Positions 15,621 to 25,017 of a stretch of DNA of 64,000 nucleotides are shown here, piece after piece; position 1 is the first letter of the stretch; each line of letters begins with the position of its first letter. The stretch comes from an uncultured delta proteobacterium. GTDB taxonomy: Bacteria; Myxococcota_A; Polyangia; Polyangiales; Polyangiaceae. The position numbers and the translations under genes are program-made. The notes beneath the pieces were generated by a model. It ran no database searches. It was not told where the DNA came from and saw only the letters and a list, made by a program, of their open reading frames with translations. The stretch is taken from assembly GCA_963782055.1 (NCBI GenBank), contig CAWAIF010000002.1, positions 320,001-384,000 of the forward strand, in the 5' to 3' direction.

Positions 15621-17030
15621 CTACGGGATGGTGACCTGCGCCTGCGCCAGCCCGGGGATGCCATCGTCGTTGGCGCCGGCACCGGAGCCCGCCGCGCCGG
15701 CGTTTCCCACCTTGGTCTTCGTGGCGCTGTCCACGTCGGGAAGGGGCAGGCCCTTGATGAGCAGCGCGGCGGACACGCCGCCCGCGCCGCCGCCGCCGCT
15801 GCCGCCGTTGCCACCGGGCCCGCCGCCGCCGCCGGAGCATCCGTCGAGGTAGCCGTTGCCCCTGGCGCCCCCCTGCGGCATCCCCTGGATCCCGGTGACG
15901 CCTCTGCCGCCGTCGCCGGCGTCGTTGGCGAAGAGCTGAGACGCGAAGACGTGCACCTTGCTCGTGTCGACGGCGAGCGCCGCGCTCGCTCCCCCGCCGC
16001 CGCCTCCCTTGCCGCCCGGTCCGCCGCAACCGCCCGCGCCGCCGCCGCCGCCGCCGCCGGTGTTGCCGCCATTGTAGTTGCCGCCGCCGCCACCGCCCCC
16101 CTGGCCCACTCCGCCGTTGGCGCCGTCGCCCCCGGCCGTCGGCATCCAGGTTCCGTCCGGCGCGAAGTCCCCGAGCGTCGCCGCTCCCACCCCGTCGCCG
16201 CCCGATTTGCCCGCGCTTCCGCCGCCGCCGCCCTGGCAGCTCACATTGCCGCCCCCTCCACCGGCGCCGCCGCCGAGCGCCGGCATGCCGTCGTCCCCCT
16301 TCGAGCCGCTGTCCCCCCCCTGACCGCCGGTGGTGGTCTCGCCGGTAGGGCACTTGGAGTAGGTCATGGCGGCGCCGCCGCTGTTGCCGGTGGAGTCGTG
16401 GCCCTTGAGGTCGATCACCGGAGGCATCGCGGCGGAGGGTGGTACCGCGGAGGCGCCGCCCGATCCCCTGCCGGCGGTGAGCACGACGCGCACGAACGTG
16501 ACGTCCTTGGACTTGGACACCAACGCCGCGATGCTCGACTCACCCGGGTTGCTCCCGCTCCCCGCCGCGACGCTGACGTCGGAGATCAAGATCCCCCGGT
16601 CGGGCACGGTGATGCGCAGCGGGAGGTTGCTCGCGCCGATCGTCGGCACGCTCGACGCGTTGTACGCCCAGTCCCCGCACTCCAGCCCGCCGATGAGGCT
16701 CGCCGCTTTCTTCGCCTGGAGCGACACGTCCTCGAGGTAGTGACCCTGGCACACGTACACGCGGGGCTTGCCCCCTAGGTTGTCCAGCGCGTGCCCGATC
16801 GTCTTGAACGGGTGCTCCTTCGTCCCGTCCCCGGTCTGGTCGTTGCCGCCGGTGCCGTCCACGAAGACGCCCACTTCGTCCGTGACGCACGCGGCGGAGT
16901 CCATCGGCGTCTTCGCGAGATCGCAGCCGCTCGGGACGCCTGCGTCCGCGCCGGCGTCGTCGTTGTTGAAGGAATCCCCCCCGCACGCCACGAAAATCAG
17001 GCCCGCGAGCCCGAGGGCAAGGTGTCGCAT
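15621..17030 (-). CDS. Gly-rich (PGRS-like) lipoprotein with DUF1565-like N-terminal domain, paralog L1
   Basis: Lipobox FVAC; GVFVDGTGGND...HPFKTIGHAL; RVYVCQGHY; GGGGAGGCGG, GGGAGGVS. Confidence 0.85.
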   Translation of the reverse strand: MRHLALGLAGLIFVACGGDSFNNDDAGADAGVPSGCDLAKTPMDSAACVTDEVGVFVDGTGGNDQTGDGTKEHPFKTIGHALDNLGGKPRVYVCQGHYLEDVSLQAKKAASLIGGLECGDWAYNASSVPTIGASNLPLRITVPDRGILISDVSVAAGSGSNPGESSIAALVSKSKDVTFVRVVLTAGRGSGGASAVPPSAAMPPVIDLKGHDSTGNSGGAAMTYSKCPTGETTTGGQGGDSGSKGDDGMPALGGGAGGGGGNVSCQGGGGGSAGKSGGDGVGAATLGDFAPDGTWMPTAGGDGANGGVGQGGGGGGGNYNGGNTGGGGGGGAGGCGGPGGKGGGGGGASAALAVDTSKVHVFASQLFANDAGDGGRGVTGIQGMPQGGARGNGYLDGCSGGGGGPGGNGGSGGGGAGGVSAALLIKGLPLPDVDSATKTKVGNAGAAGSGAGANDDGIPGLAQAQVTIP

Positions 17031-17102
17031 CGATCAGTCCTCCTCGCTTCGAAGAAAAGAAAAGTCCGGCGCACAAAGCGTAGCGCACCGCGCCGCCGGG
17101 GA

Positions 17103-17134
17103 AAGAAAGCTGCACCGCCGTCGCTTTCTTGACA
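17103..17134. promoter_or_regulatory. 8-bp inverted repeat (AAGAAAGC-N12-GCTTTCTT) overlapping a TTGACA hexamer in the divergent intergenic region
   Basis: Read directly: arms 17103-17110 and 17123-17130; TTGACA at 17129-17134. Confidence 0.4.
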
Positions 17135-17252
17135 ACCGCGCGGACCCCCGGGTCGAGGGGCGGGGGACATGCGCGGACTTGGGCATCGGCCGCAAAGGAG
17201 GGTACGCTCGGCGCGTCATGTGCAGGCGTGCGTACCACCGCGGGAGTTTCGC

Positions 17253-17912
17253 GTGAGCAAGGTCGACACCGATCAGGGCCTCGGTCCGCCGAGCAGCGAG
17301 TCACGGGTCAAGTCGGCGGACGCGGCGGAGGGGCAGGCGCCCCCGCAGGCCTCGCGCAAGGCGGACACGCTGGACGAGCTGCTGGACGACTTCGGCCCGC
17401 AGCGACCGGACCAGCCGCGCATCCGCCCCAAGGCGGAGACGACGCCGCCGCCCGCGCCGGTGAAGAAGGAGCTGACGCCGACGGAGCCGGGCATGCGGCA
17501 GAAACGCAACCGCGTCCTGGTCGCCACCACGCTCGCGATCGTGGTGACCCTGGTGCTGGGGCTCGGGGTGCTCAAGCTGGTGCGCTCCTCGCCGGAGACG
17601 CCGCCCGCGCCGAGCGCGACGCAGACCGCGCGACAGCCGCCGCCGGAGACGCTCACCGCGACGGTGGGGACCACCGCGGAGACGGCGCCCGCGCCCGCGG
17701 CGAGCGCCACCGCGGTGGAGACCGCAGCGACCACCACCGTCCCCGCCGCGCACACCGCGCAGCCTCACCACACGTCGGAGGCGCCCCGTGCGAGCGCCAC
17801 CGCGCACGCCACCACCACCGCCACGGCCACCGCGACGCCGCACCCGACCGCGCACCCCGCGGGCAGCGCGCCTCCCGGGATGAACCTGCTCCCCGACGAT
17901 CCCCACCGATGA
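17253..17912 (+). CDS. Single-pass membrane protein with Pro/Thr/Ala-rich extracellular stalk
   Basis: From GTG 17253: acidic DTLDELLDDF, TM segment VLVATTLAIVVTLVLGLGVL, PTA-rich tail; ATGA overlap with the next gene. Confidence 0.7.
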   Translation: MSKVDTDQGLGPPSSESRVKSADAAEGQAPPQASRKADTLDELLDDFGPQRPDQPRIRPKAETTPPPAPVKKELTPTEPGMRQKRNRVLVATTLAIVVTLVLGLGVLKLVRSSPETPPAPSATQTARQPPPETLTATVGTTAETAPAPAASATAVETAATTTVPAAHTAQPHHTSEAPRASATAHATTTATATATPHPTAHPAGSAPPGMNLLPDDPHR

Positions 17913-18943
17913 GAACGTACTTCCTCTTGCCGCTCGCCCTCGCCGGCGGGCTGCTCTCCGCGTCCGCCTTCGCCCAGGACCAGACCTCCCCCGAGTACCA
18001 GGAGGCCAAGCAGCGCCTCCAGGAGGGCAAGGCCCTCTACGGGCAGGGCAACATCGACGGCGCGCGCCTCAAGTTCGAGCAGGCGTGCTCGGTGCTCAAG
18101 ACGCCGGCGTGCCTGCGCGCGCTGGGCCTGTCGGACTTCTACACGAAGCGCTACCTGGAGGCGCTCGGCAACCTGCAGAAGGCGCTGGAGGACAAGGAGC
18201 TGACCACCACGCAGCGCAAGCAGGTGACCGACCTGATGCAGCAGGCGTACGCGCAGACGGGGCACCTGGAGATCACCGCGCCGGCGGGCGGTCGCGTGCG
18301 CATCGACGACACCGTCGACGAGGGCAACGCGCCGCTGAGCGACGAGGTGCACGTCACGGCGGGGCAGCACATCGTCAGCGTGACGGTCGACACGCACGCC
18401 GAGCGCATGACGGTGGACTGCGCGCAGGGGAAGCTGGTGAAGGTGGACTTCACGAGCAAGTTCCCCGCGGCGAGCGGCGCGACGGGTGGCGCGGGCGCGC
18501 AGGGGAACGGCGGGGTCGGCCAGCCTGGCGGCCCTGGCGAGGGCGGGGAGCAACACCACGCGGGGGGGGGCGTGACCCGCTGGATCGTCGGCGGCGCGGT
18601 GGCGGCTGTCGGCCTGGTGGGCGTGGGCCTGGGCGTGGGCTTCCTGGTGGACTCCGGCTCGGCCAGCGACGACGCGGCGAACCTCCGCACGCAGCTCGGC
18701 GCGAGCGCGTCGTGCCCGGGGGCGGACGCCGCGCAGTGCGCGACGCTGAGCGGGCTGAAGGATCGCTACGACAACGGACAGACGCTCGGTCCGGTGTTTC
18801 TGGGCGTGGGCGTGGGCCTGGTGGTCGCGGGCGCGGCCACCGCGCTGCTCTGGCCCGGACCGAAGAAGGAGCAGTCGACCGGCCTGCGGGTCGTGCCCTT
18901 CGTGGGGCGCGAGTCGGGCGTCGCCGTGCTCGGTGCTTTCTAG
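17909..18943 (+). CDS. Secreted TPR + PEGA-like domain protein with C-terminal hydrophobic hairpin
   Basis: Signal peptide MRTYFLL...AFA; TPR-like EAKQRLQEGKALY; GHLEITAPAGGRVRID...VTAGQHIVSV; two hydrophobic segments; terminal Phe. Confidence 0.8.
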   Translation: MRTYFLLPLALAGGLLSASAFAQDQTSPEYQEAKQRLQEGKALYGQGNIDGARLKFEQACSVLKTPACLRALGLSDFYTKRYLEALGNLQKALEDKELTTTQRKQVTDLMQQAYAQTGHLEITAPAGGRVRIDDTVDEGNAPLSDEVHVTAGQHIVSVTVDTHAERMTVDCAQGKLVKVDFTSKFPAASGATGGAGAQGNGGVGQPGGPGEGGEQHHAGGGVTRWIVGGAVAAVGLVGVGLGVGFLVDSGSASDDAANLRTQLGASASCPGADAAQCATLSGLKDRYDNGQTLGPVFLGVGVGLVVAGAATALLWPGPKKEQSTGLRVVPFVGRESGVAVLGAF

Positions 18944-18959
18944 AAACAGGGAGAGGAAG

Positions 18960-20484
18960 ATGCGTCACCTTGCATGCTTGACCGGCTGCGTCCTCGTCGC
19001 CGGTGCCGTGGTCTTCGTCGCGCCGGGCTGCGGCTCGGCGGATTGCTCCTTCGAATCTCACCTGCGCGAACGCCGACGGCGGGACGGACGGCGGGGGAGA
19101 CGTGACGGTGGACGCGGGGCCGGACGGCTCCGGTTGTGACGTGGTCGCCGACCCGTCGTGCATCGACGAGTCGAGCGGAGTGTTCGTCTCTCCGACCGGG
19201 GACGACTCGCACGACGGGAGCAAGGCCAACCCGCTGGCCACCATCGGCGCGGCGCTGAAGAAGAACAAGGCGCGCGTCTACATCTGCCAGGGGACGTACG
19301 CGGAGAACGTGGACATCAAGGCCAACGTGGACCTGCTCGGCGGGTATGCGTGCGGGGACTGGTCGTACGCGGCCTCCAACGCCGCCACGATCCAGCCGGG
19401 GAGCGGGCTTGCGCTGCACGTGGACTCGGCGACGAGCGTGGTCCGGGATCTGAAGTTCGTGGGGGCGGACGCGTCGAAGGCGGGGGACTCGTCCATCGGC
19501 GCGCTCGCGGCGAGCTCGACGGTGACGTTGGTGCGCGACGACATCGAGGCGGGGAAGGGGATGAGCGCGACGCCGCCGTCGGCCCAGGCGGACTTCACGC
19601 CGGCGCAGGCGAGCAGCGGCAACACTGGAACGCTCAACAATGGCGGTGGACAGCAACCGGTGACGTGTCCCAATGGGAGCGGGAGTACGACGGGGGGAGC
19701 GGGCGGACCGCCCGGCGGAGCAAATGGCGTGAAGGGACAACCATTTGCCACCTACACGGTCAACCCCCCCAATGCTGATGGGACCGGTGGCGTGACGGGG
19801 AGTGATTGCATTGCGGGCCTCGGTCGAAACGGCTCCTACGGTCCCGGCGGCGCCGCGGGTGCGGGCGCGGCCAAGGCGGGCACGCTCGACGCGACGGGCT
19901 GGGCGCCCTCCGCCGGTGGTGCGGGCGGCACCGGCAAGGTCGGCGAGGGCGGCGGAGGCGGGGCGAGCCTGGACTCTGCCGGTGGCGGTGGCGGCGGCGG
20001 AGCTGGCGGCTGCGGTGGCACGGGCGGAGCGGCCGGCCCGGGTGGCGGAGCGAGCATCGCGCTCACGCTGGTGCAGTCCACCGCGACGCTCACGCAGACG
20101 AAGCTCGTCGCGAAGGACGCCGGCGACGGCGCGAAGGGGGGCACAGGGCAGAAGGCGCAGGGGGGTGGGAACGCCGGCTCGTTCTTCGCGACGTCGTGCA
20201 ATGGCGGCGCCGGCGGCCACGGTGGCTCCGGCGGCGGTGGCGGCGGCGGCGCGGGAGGCCTCTCCGTGGGCATCCTGTGGACCGGCACCGCGCCGACCAT
20301 CGACGGTTCCTCCACGTCGTCGGCGGACACCCTCGCGACGGTGACGACGGGCAAGGCCGGCGCGGCGGGCGCAGGCGGCGCCGGGGGTACCGCCGTGAAG
20401 ACCAGCAACCCCGCGAGCAACGCCGGCGCGGCCGGCAATCCGGGTTTGGCGGGGGTCGCCAAGGCCGTGATGCAGGCACCATGA
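18960..20484 (+). CDS. Gly-rich lipoprotein R1 (body type X); +1 frameshift just after the signal peptide (~19050)
   Basis: Signal MRHLACLTG...APGC from ATG 18960 after GAGGA; body in ORF 19003-20484; removing one T at 19050/19051 gives GCGSADCSSNLTCANADGG. Confidence 0.8.
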
Positions 20485-20522
20485 ATCGCCCTCTCTCGTC
20501 TCGCCACGAGGTCGGGTAGACC

Positions 20523-22022
20523 ATGCGCTGGTCCATCGGCCTCTCGTCTGCGCTCGCCATCGGCATCACCTGCGTCGCCGGTTGCGGGGATAGCTCCAGC
20601 GCGAACGCCGACGGCGGGACGGACGGCGGGGGAGACGTGACGGTGGACGCGGGGCCGGACGCGCCGCCCGGGTGCGATCTCACCAAGGACCCGAAGGACT
20701 CCCCCGCGTGCGTGGACGACGCGGTGGGCATCTTCGTGGACGGCACGAACGGCGACGACGGCAACGCGGGGACGAAGCTCGAGCCGGTGAAGACGATCGG
20801 CGCGGCGCTGAAGCTCACGAGCGCGCAGCAGGCGCGCGTGTACGTGTGCAAGGGGGTGTACGCGGAGGACGTGGTGGTGGACGCGAGCCACGACGGCGTG
20901 TCCATCTACGGCGGGTGGCGGTGCGCGGACTGGAGCTACAGCGGGACCAAGCCCATCGTGGGCGCGGGGACGATGGCGCTGAAGCTCGACGGCCTGACGA
21001 AGGCGGTGACCATCGAGGACATGGACTGGAAGTCGGCGGACGCGACGGCGGACGGCGGGTCGAGCATCGCGGCGTTCGTGAACGGCTGCGCGAACGTGAC
21101 GCTGGTGAGGGACACGCTGGAAGCGGGGAAGGGTAAGGCCGGCGCAGCGGGGAAGGCGGGGAGCAACTACACGGCGGTGGCGCAAGGCGACACCTCGATC
21201 AAGGGCAAGGATGGCAACGGGATCGTTGGCGGCGGGCCGCACGCCTGCACCTTGTGTACCGATGGTAAGAACTCAACCGGAGGGTTTGGCGGAAACGGGG
21301 GAACGTCGCCGGGTGATGGTCAGGACGGAACGCCCAATCTGGGTGGCATCAACCCGTTGGACGGAAAGGGTGGTGCCAAGGACATCGGCAGTGGATGCAC
21401 GTCAGGACACAAGGGTCCAACGGGCGACGCGGGGATAGCTGCCGTGGCTATTGCCGCTTCGGGCGTGCTGGATCCCACCGGATGGAAGCCGGCGATGGGC
21501 GGGGCTGGGTCCAATGGTGGGCCCGGTCAAGGTGGCGGCGGGGGTGGCGGAGGTCTGGACGGCAACAACACCGCAGGAGGCGCTGGTGGCGGCGGTTGTG
21601 GTGGCTGCGGCGGCGCCTCGGGATCTGGCGGTGGAGGCGGGGGCGCCAGCATCGCGCTAGCCGTCCTGTCCTCGACGGTTCAGGTCGCCTCGAGCAGCAT
21701 GGCGAGCACCGTCGCCGGCAACGGCGGAGCGGGTGCAGCAGGGCAGGCAGGGCAGGCCGGCGGATTCAGCGGCCAGAACATCAACCCCGGTTGCTCCGGC
21801 GGTACCGGCGGCACCGGCGGAGCCGGTGGCGCAGGAGGCGGCGGGGCAGGCGGCATCTCCGTCGGCGTGCTCTGGAAGGGCACCGCGGCGCCGACGCTTG
21901 ACTCGTCAACGACCAGCAACATCGTCTTCGCGCAGCAGGGCGGCGCCAAGGGCACCGGCGGCGCGCCCGGCCAGAACGACGGCATCGACGGCGTCGCGCA
22001 GGCCGTGCTCGAGGTGAAGTAG
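20523..22022 (+). CDS. Gly-rich lipoprotein R2 (body type Y)
   Basis: Lipobox VAGC; GIFVDGTNGDD...EPVKTIGAAL; poly-Gly motifs; ends DGVAQAVLEVK. Confidence 0.88.
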   Translation: MRWSIGLSSALAIGITCVAGCGDSSSANADGGTDGGGDVTVDAGPDAPPGCDLTKDPKDSPACVDDAVGIFVDGTNGDDGNAGTKLEPVKTIGAALKLTSAQQARVYVCKGVYAEDVVVDASHDGVSIYGGWRCADWSYSGTKPIVGAGTMALKLDGLTKAVTIEDMDWKSADATADGGSSIAAFVNGCANVTLVRDTLEAGKGKAGAAGKAGSNYTAVAQGDTSIKGKDGNGIVGGGPHACTLCTDGKNSTGGFGGNGGTSPGDGQDGTPNLGGINPLDGKGGAKDIGSGCTSGHKGPTGDAGIAAVAIAASGVLDPTGWKPAMGGAGSNGGPGQGGGGGGGGLDGNNTAGGAGGGGCGGCGGASGSGGGGGGASIALAVLSSTVQVASSSMASTVAGNGGAGAAGQAGQAGGFSGQNINPGCSGGTGGTGGAGGAGGGGAGGISVGVLWKGTAAPTLDSSTTSNIVFAQQGGAKGTGGAPGQNDGIDGVAQAVLEVK

Positions 22023-22025
22023 GTC

Positions 22026-23471
22026 ATGCGCCGCCTCGGGGGGATCGCTTGCGTGCTCGTCGCGGCCTGCCTCGCCGGTTGCGGGGACAGCTCCAGCACG
22101 AACGCCGACGGCGGGACGGACGGCGGGGGAGACGTGACGGTGGACGCGGGGCCGGACGCGCCGCCCGGGTGCGAACTCACCAAGGACCCGAAAGACTCGG
22201 CGGCGTGCGTGGACGACGCGGTGGGCATCTTCGTGGACGGCACGAACGGCGACGACGGCAACGCGGGGACGAAGCTCGAGCCGGTGAAGACGATCGGCGC
22301 CGCGCTGAAGCTGACGAGCGCGCAGCAGGCGCGCGTGTACGTGTGCGAGGGGACGTACGCGGAGGACGTGGTGGTGGACGCGAGCCACGACGGGGTGTCC
22401 ATCTACGGCGGGTGGCGGTGCGCGGACTGGAGCTACAGCGGGACCAAGCCCATCGTGGGCGCGGGGACGATGGCGCTGAAGCTCGACGGCCTGACGAAGG
22501 CGGTGACCATCGAGGACATGGACTGGAAGTCGGCGGACGCGACGGCGGACGGCGGGTCGAGCATCGCGGCGTTCGTGAACGGGTGCGCGAACGTGACGCT
22601 GGTGAGGGACACGCTGGAAGCGGGCAAGGGCAAGGCCGGCGCGGCGGGGACGCTGACGAACTTCAACTACCCGGACCAGGCGACGCTGAACGGGAAGGAC
22701 GCGTCGGGTATGACGGGTGGGCCGGCCAACGCGGTGAAGTGTCCGGCCGGCGACACGACGACGGGAGGCAAAGGCGGAGACAACGGCAGCACCGGCGACC
22801 CAGGTCTTCCAAGCCTAGGCGCAGGACAGGGGGGGACCCTGGCAGCTTGCGGTAGTGGCGGCTCAGGGAGTGACGGCGCTCCTGCATCGAAGGGACCGGA
22901 TGGCTCGGCGCCGTCGGGGCTAGGTAGCCTTTCCAGTCAAGGATGGGCAAGCATGGCTGGCGGGGCGGCCAAAGCGGGTGGCCCCGGGCAAGGGGGTGGA
23001 GGTGGGCTTGGCTTCGGAGGCGGCGGTGGCGGCGGGGGCGGCGCGGGTGGGTGCGGCGGTGCCGGCGGACCCGGTGGCGGTGGCGGGGGCGCCAGCGTCG
23101 CACTGGTGGTGCTGTCCTCCACCGTGACCGTGACGGCGAGCGCGCTGCAGGCGGCCACCGCGGGTGCCGGGGGAACTGGCGCGGCGGGACAGCCGGGAGA
23201 GACTACTTTCGGCTTTCACGGCAACGGGACCGGCGCTGGCTGCCAGGGCGGCAACGGCGGCACCGGCGGAAATGGTGGCGCAGGAGGCGGCGGGGCGGGT
23301 GGCATCTCCGTCGGCGTGCTCTGGAAGGGCACCGCGGCGCCGACGCTTGACTCATCAACGAACACCAACATCGTCTTCGCGCAGCAGGGCGGCGCCAAGG
23401 GCACCGGCGGCGCGCCCGGCACCAACGACGGCATCGACGGCGTCGCCCAGGCCGTGCTCGAGGTGAAGTAG
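22026..23471 (+). CDS. Gly-rich lipoprotein R3 (body type Y)
   Basis: Lipobox LAGC; framework nearly identical to R2 and R5. Confidence 0.88.
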   Translation: MRRLGGIACVLVAACLAGCGDSSSTNADGGTDGGGDVTVDAGPDAPPGCELTKDPKDSAACVDDAVGIFVDGTNGDDGNAGTKLEPVKTIGAALKLTSAQQARVYVCEGTYAEDVVVDASHDGVSIYGGWRCADWSYSGTKPIVGAGTMALKLDGLTKAVTIEDMDWKSADATADGGSSIAAFVNGCANVTLVRDTLEAGKGKAGAAGTLTNFNYPDQATLNGKDASGMTGGPANAVKCPAGDTTTGGKGGDNGSTGDPGLPSLGAGQGGTLAACGSGGSGSDGAPASKGPDGSAPSGLGSLSSQGWASMAGGAAKAGGPGQGGGGGLGFGGGGGGGGGAGGCGGAGGPGGGGGGASVALVVLSSTVTVTASALQAATAGAGGTGAAGQPGETTFGFHGNGTGAGCQGGNGGTGGNGGAGGGGAGGISVGVLWKGTAAPTLDSSTNTNIVFAQQGGAKGTGGAPGTNDGIDGVAQAVLEVK

Positions 23472-23474
23472 GTC

Positions 23475-24979
23475 ATGCGCCGCCTCGGGGGATCGCTTGC
23501 GTGCTCGTCGCGGCCTGCGTCGCCGGTTGCGGGGACAGCTCCAGCACGAACGCCGACGGCGGGACGGATGGGGGCGGGGGAGACGTGACGGTGGACGCGG
23601 GGCCGGACGGCTCCGGTTGTGACGTGGTCGCCGACCCGTCGTGCATCGACGAGTCGAGCGGCGTGTTCGTCTCTCCGACCGGGGACGACTCGCACGACGG
23701 GAGCAAGGCCAACCCGCTGGCCACCATCGGCGCGGCGCTGAAGAAGAACAAGGCGCGCGTCTACATCTGCCAGGGGACGTACGCGGAGAACGTGGACATC
23801 AAGGCCAACGTGGACCTGCTCGGCGGGTATGCGTGCGGGGACTGGTCGTACGCGGCCTCCAACGCCGCCACGATCCAGCCGGGGAGCGGGCTTGCGCTGC
23901 ACGTGGACTCGGCGACGAGCGTGGTCCGGGATCTGAAGTTCGTGGGGGCGGACGCGTCGAAGGCGGGGGACTCGTCCATCGGCGCGCTCGCGGCGAGCTC
24001 GACGGTGACGTTGGTGCGCGACGACATCGAGGCGGGGAAGGGGATGAGCGCGACGCCGCCGTCGGCCCAGGCGGACTTCACGCCGGCGCAGGCGAGCAGC
24101 GGCGATGGCGGGAAGGTGAACAACGGCGGCGCGCAGACGCCGAACAACTGCCCGAATGGGAGCGGCAACAGCATCGGCGGTGCAGGGGGCCCGCCTGGCG
24201 CAAACAATGGCTCGAAGGGGCAGCCGTTCGCTTCCTATCCCGTGAATCCAGCAATGGCGGATGGGACAGGCGGGACGACGGGAAGCAATTGTATCGCTGG
24301 GCTCGGCCGTGACGGCTCCTACGGTCCCGGCGGCGCCGCGGGTGCGGGCGCGGCCAAGGCGGGCACGCTCGACGCGACGGGCTGGGCGCCCTCCGCCGGT
24401 GGTGCGGGCGGCACCGGCAAGGTCGGCGAGGGCGGCGGAGGCGGGGCGAGCCTGGACTCTGCAGGAGGCGGTGGCGGCGGCGGAGCTGGCGGCTGCGGTG
24501 GCACGGGCGGAGCGGCTGGCCCGGGTGGCGGAGCGAGCATCGCGCTCGCGCTGGTGCAGTCCACCGCGACGCTCACGCAGACGAAGCTCGTCGCGAAGGA
24601 CGCCGGCGACGGCGCGAAGGGGGGCACAGGGCAGAAGGCGCAGGGGGGTGGAGGCTCGGGTGGCGCGGGTGGAACTCCCGGCGTCGATGCGTGCGGTGGC
24701 GGCGCAGGCGGTCATGGCGGCTCCGGCGGCGGTGGCGGCGGCGGCGCGGGAGGCCTCTCCGTGGGCATCCTGTGGACCGGCACCGCGCCGACCATCGACG
24801 GTTCCTCCACGTCGTCGGCGGACACCCTCGCGACGGTGACGACGGGCAAGGCCGGCGCGGCGGGCGCAGGCGGCGCCGGGGGTACCGCCGTGAAGACCAG
24901 CAACCCCGCGAGCAACGCCGGCGCGGCCGGCAATCCGGGCCCGGCGGGGGTCGCCAGGGCCGTGATGCAGGCACCATGA
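23475..24979 (+). CDS. Gly-rich lipoprotein R4 (body type X); -1 frameshift in a G5 tract within the signal peptide
   Basis: 5' end matches R3 except G5 (23487-23491) versus G6 (22038-22043); body near-identical to R1 outside two variable blocks. Confidence 0.8.
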
Positions 24980-25017
24980 ATCGCCCTCTCTCGTCTCGCC
25001 ACGAGGTCGGGTAGACC

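Noticed and set aside
19621..24311. Diversity-generating retroelement as the source of the variable cassettes
   Set aside because: R1/R4 differences are not adenine-specific and are largely synonymous third-position changes; no reverse transcriptase or template repeat in the window.
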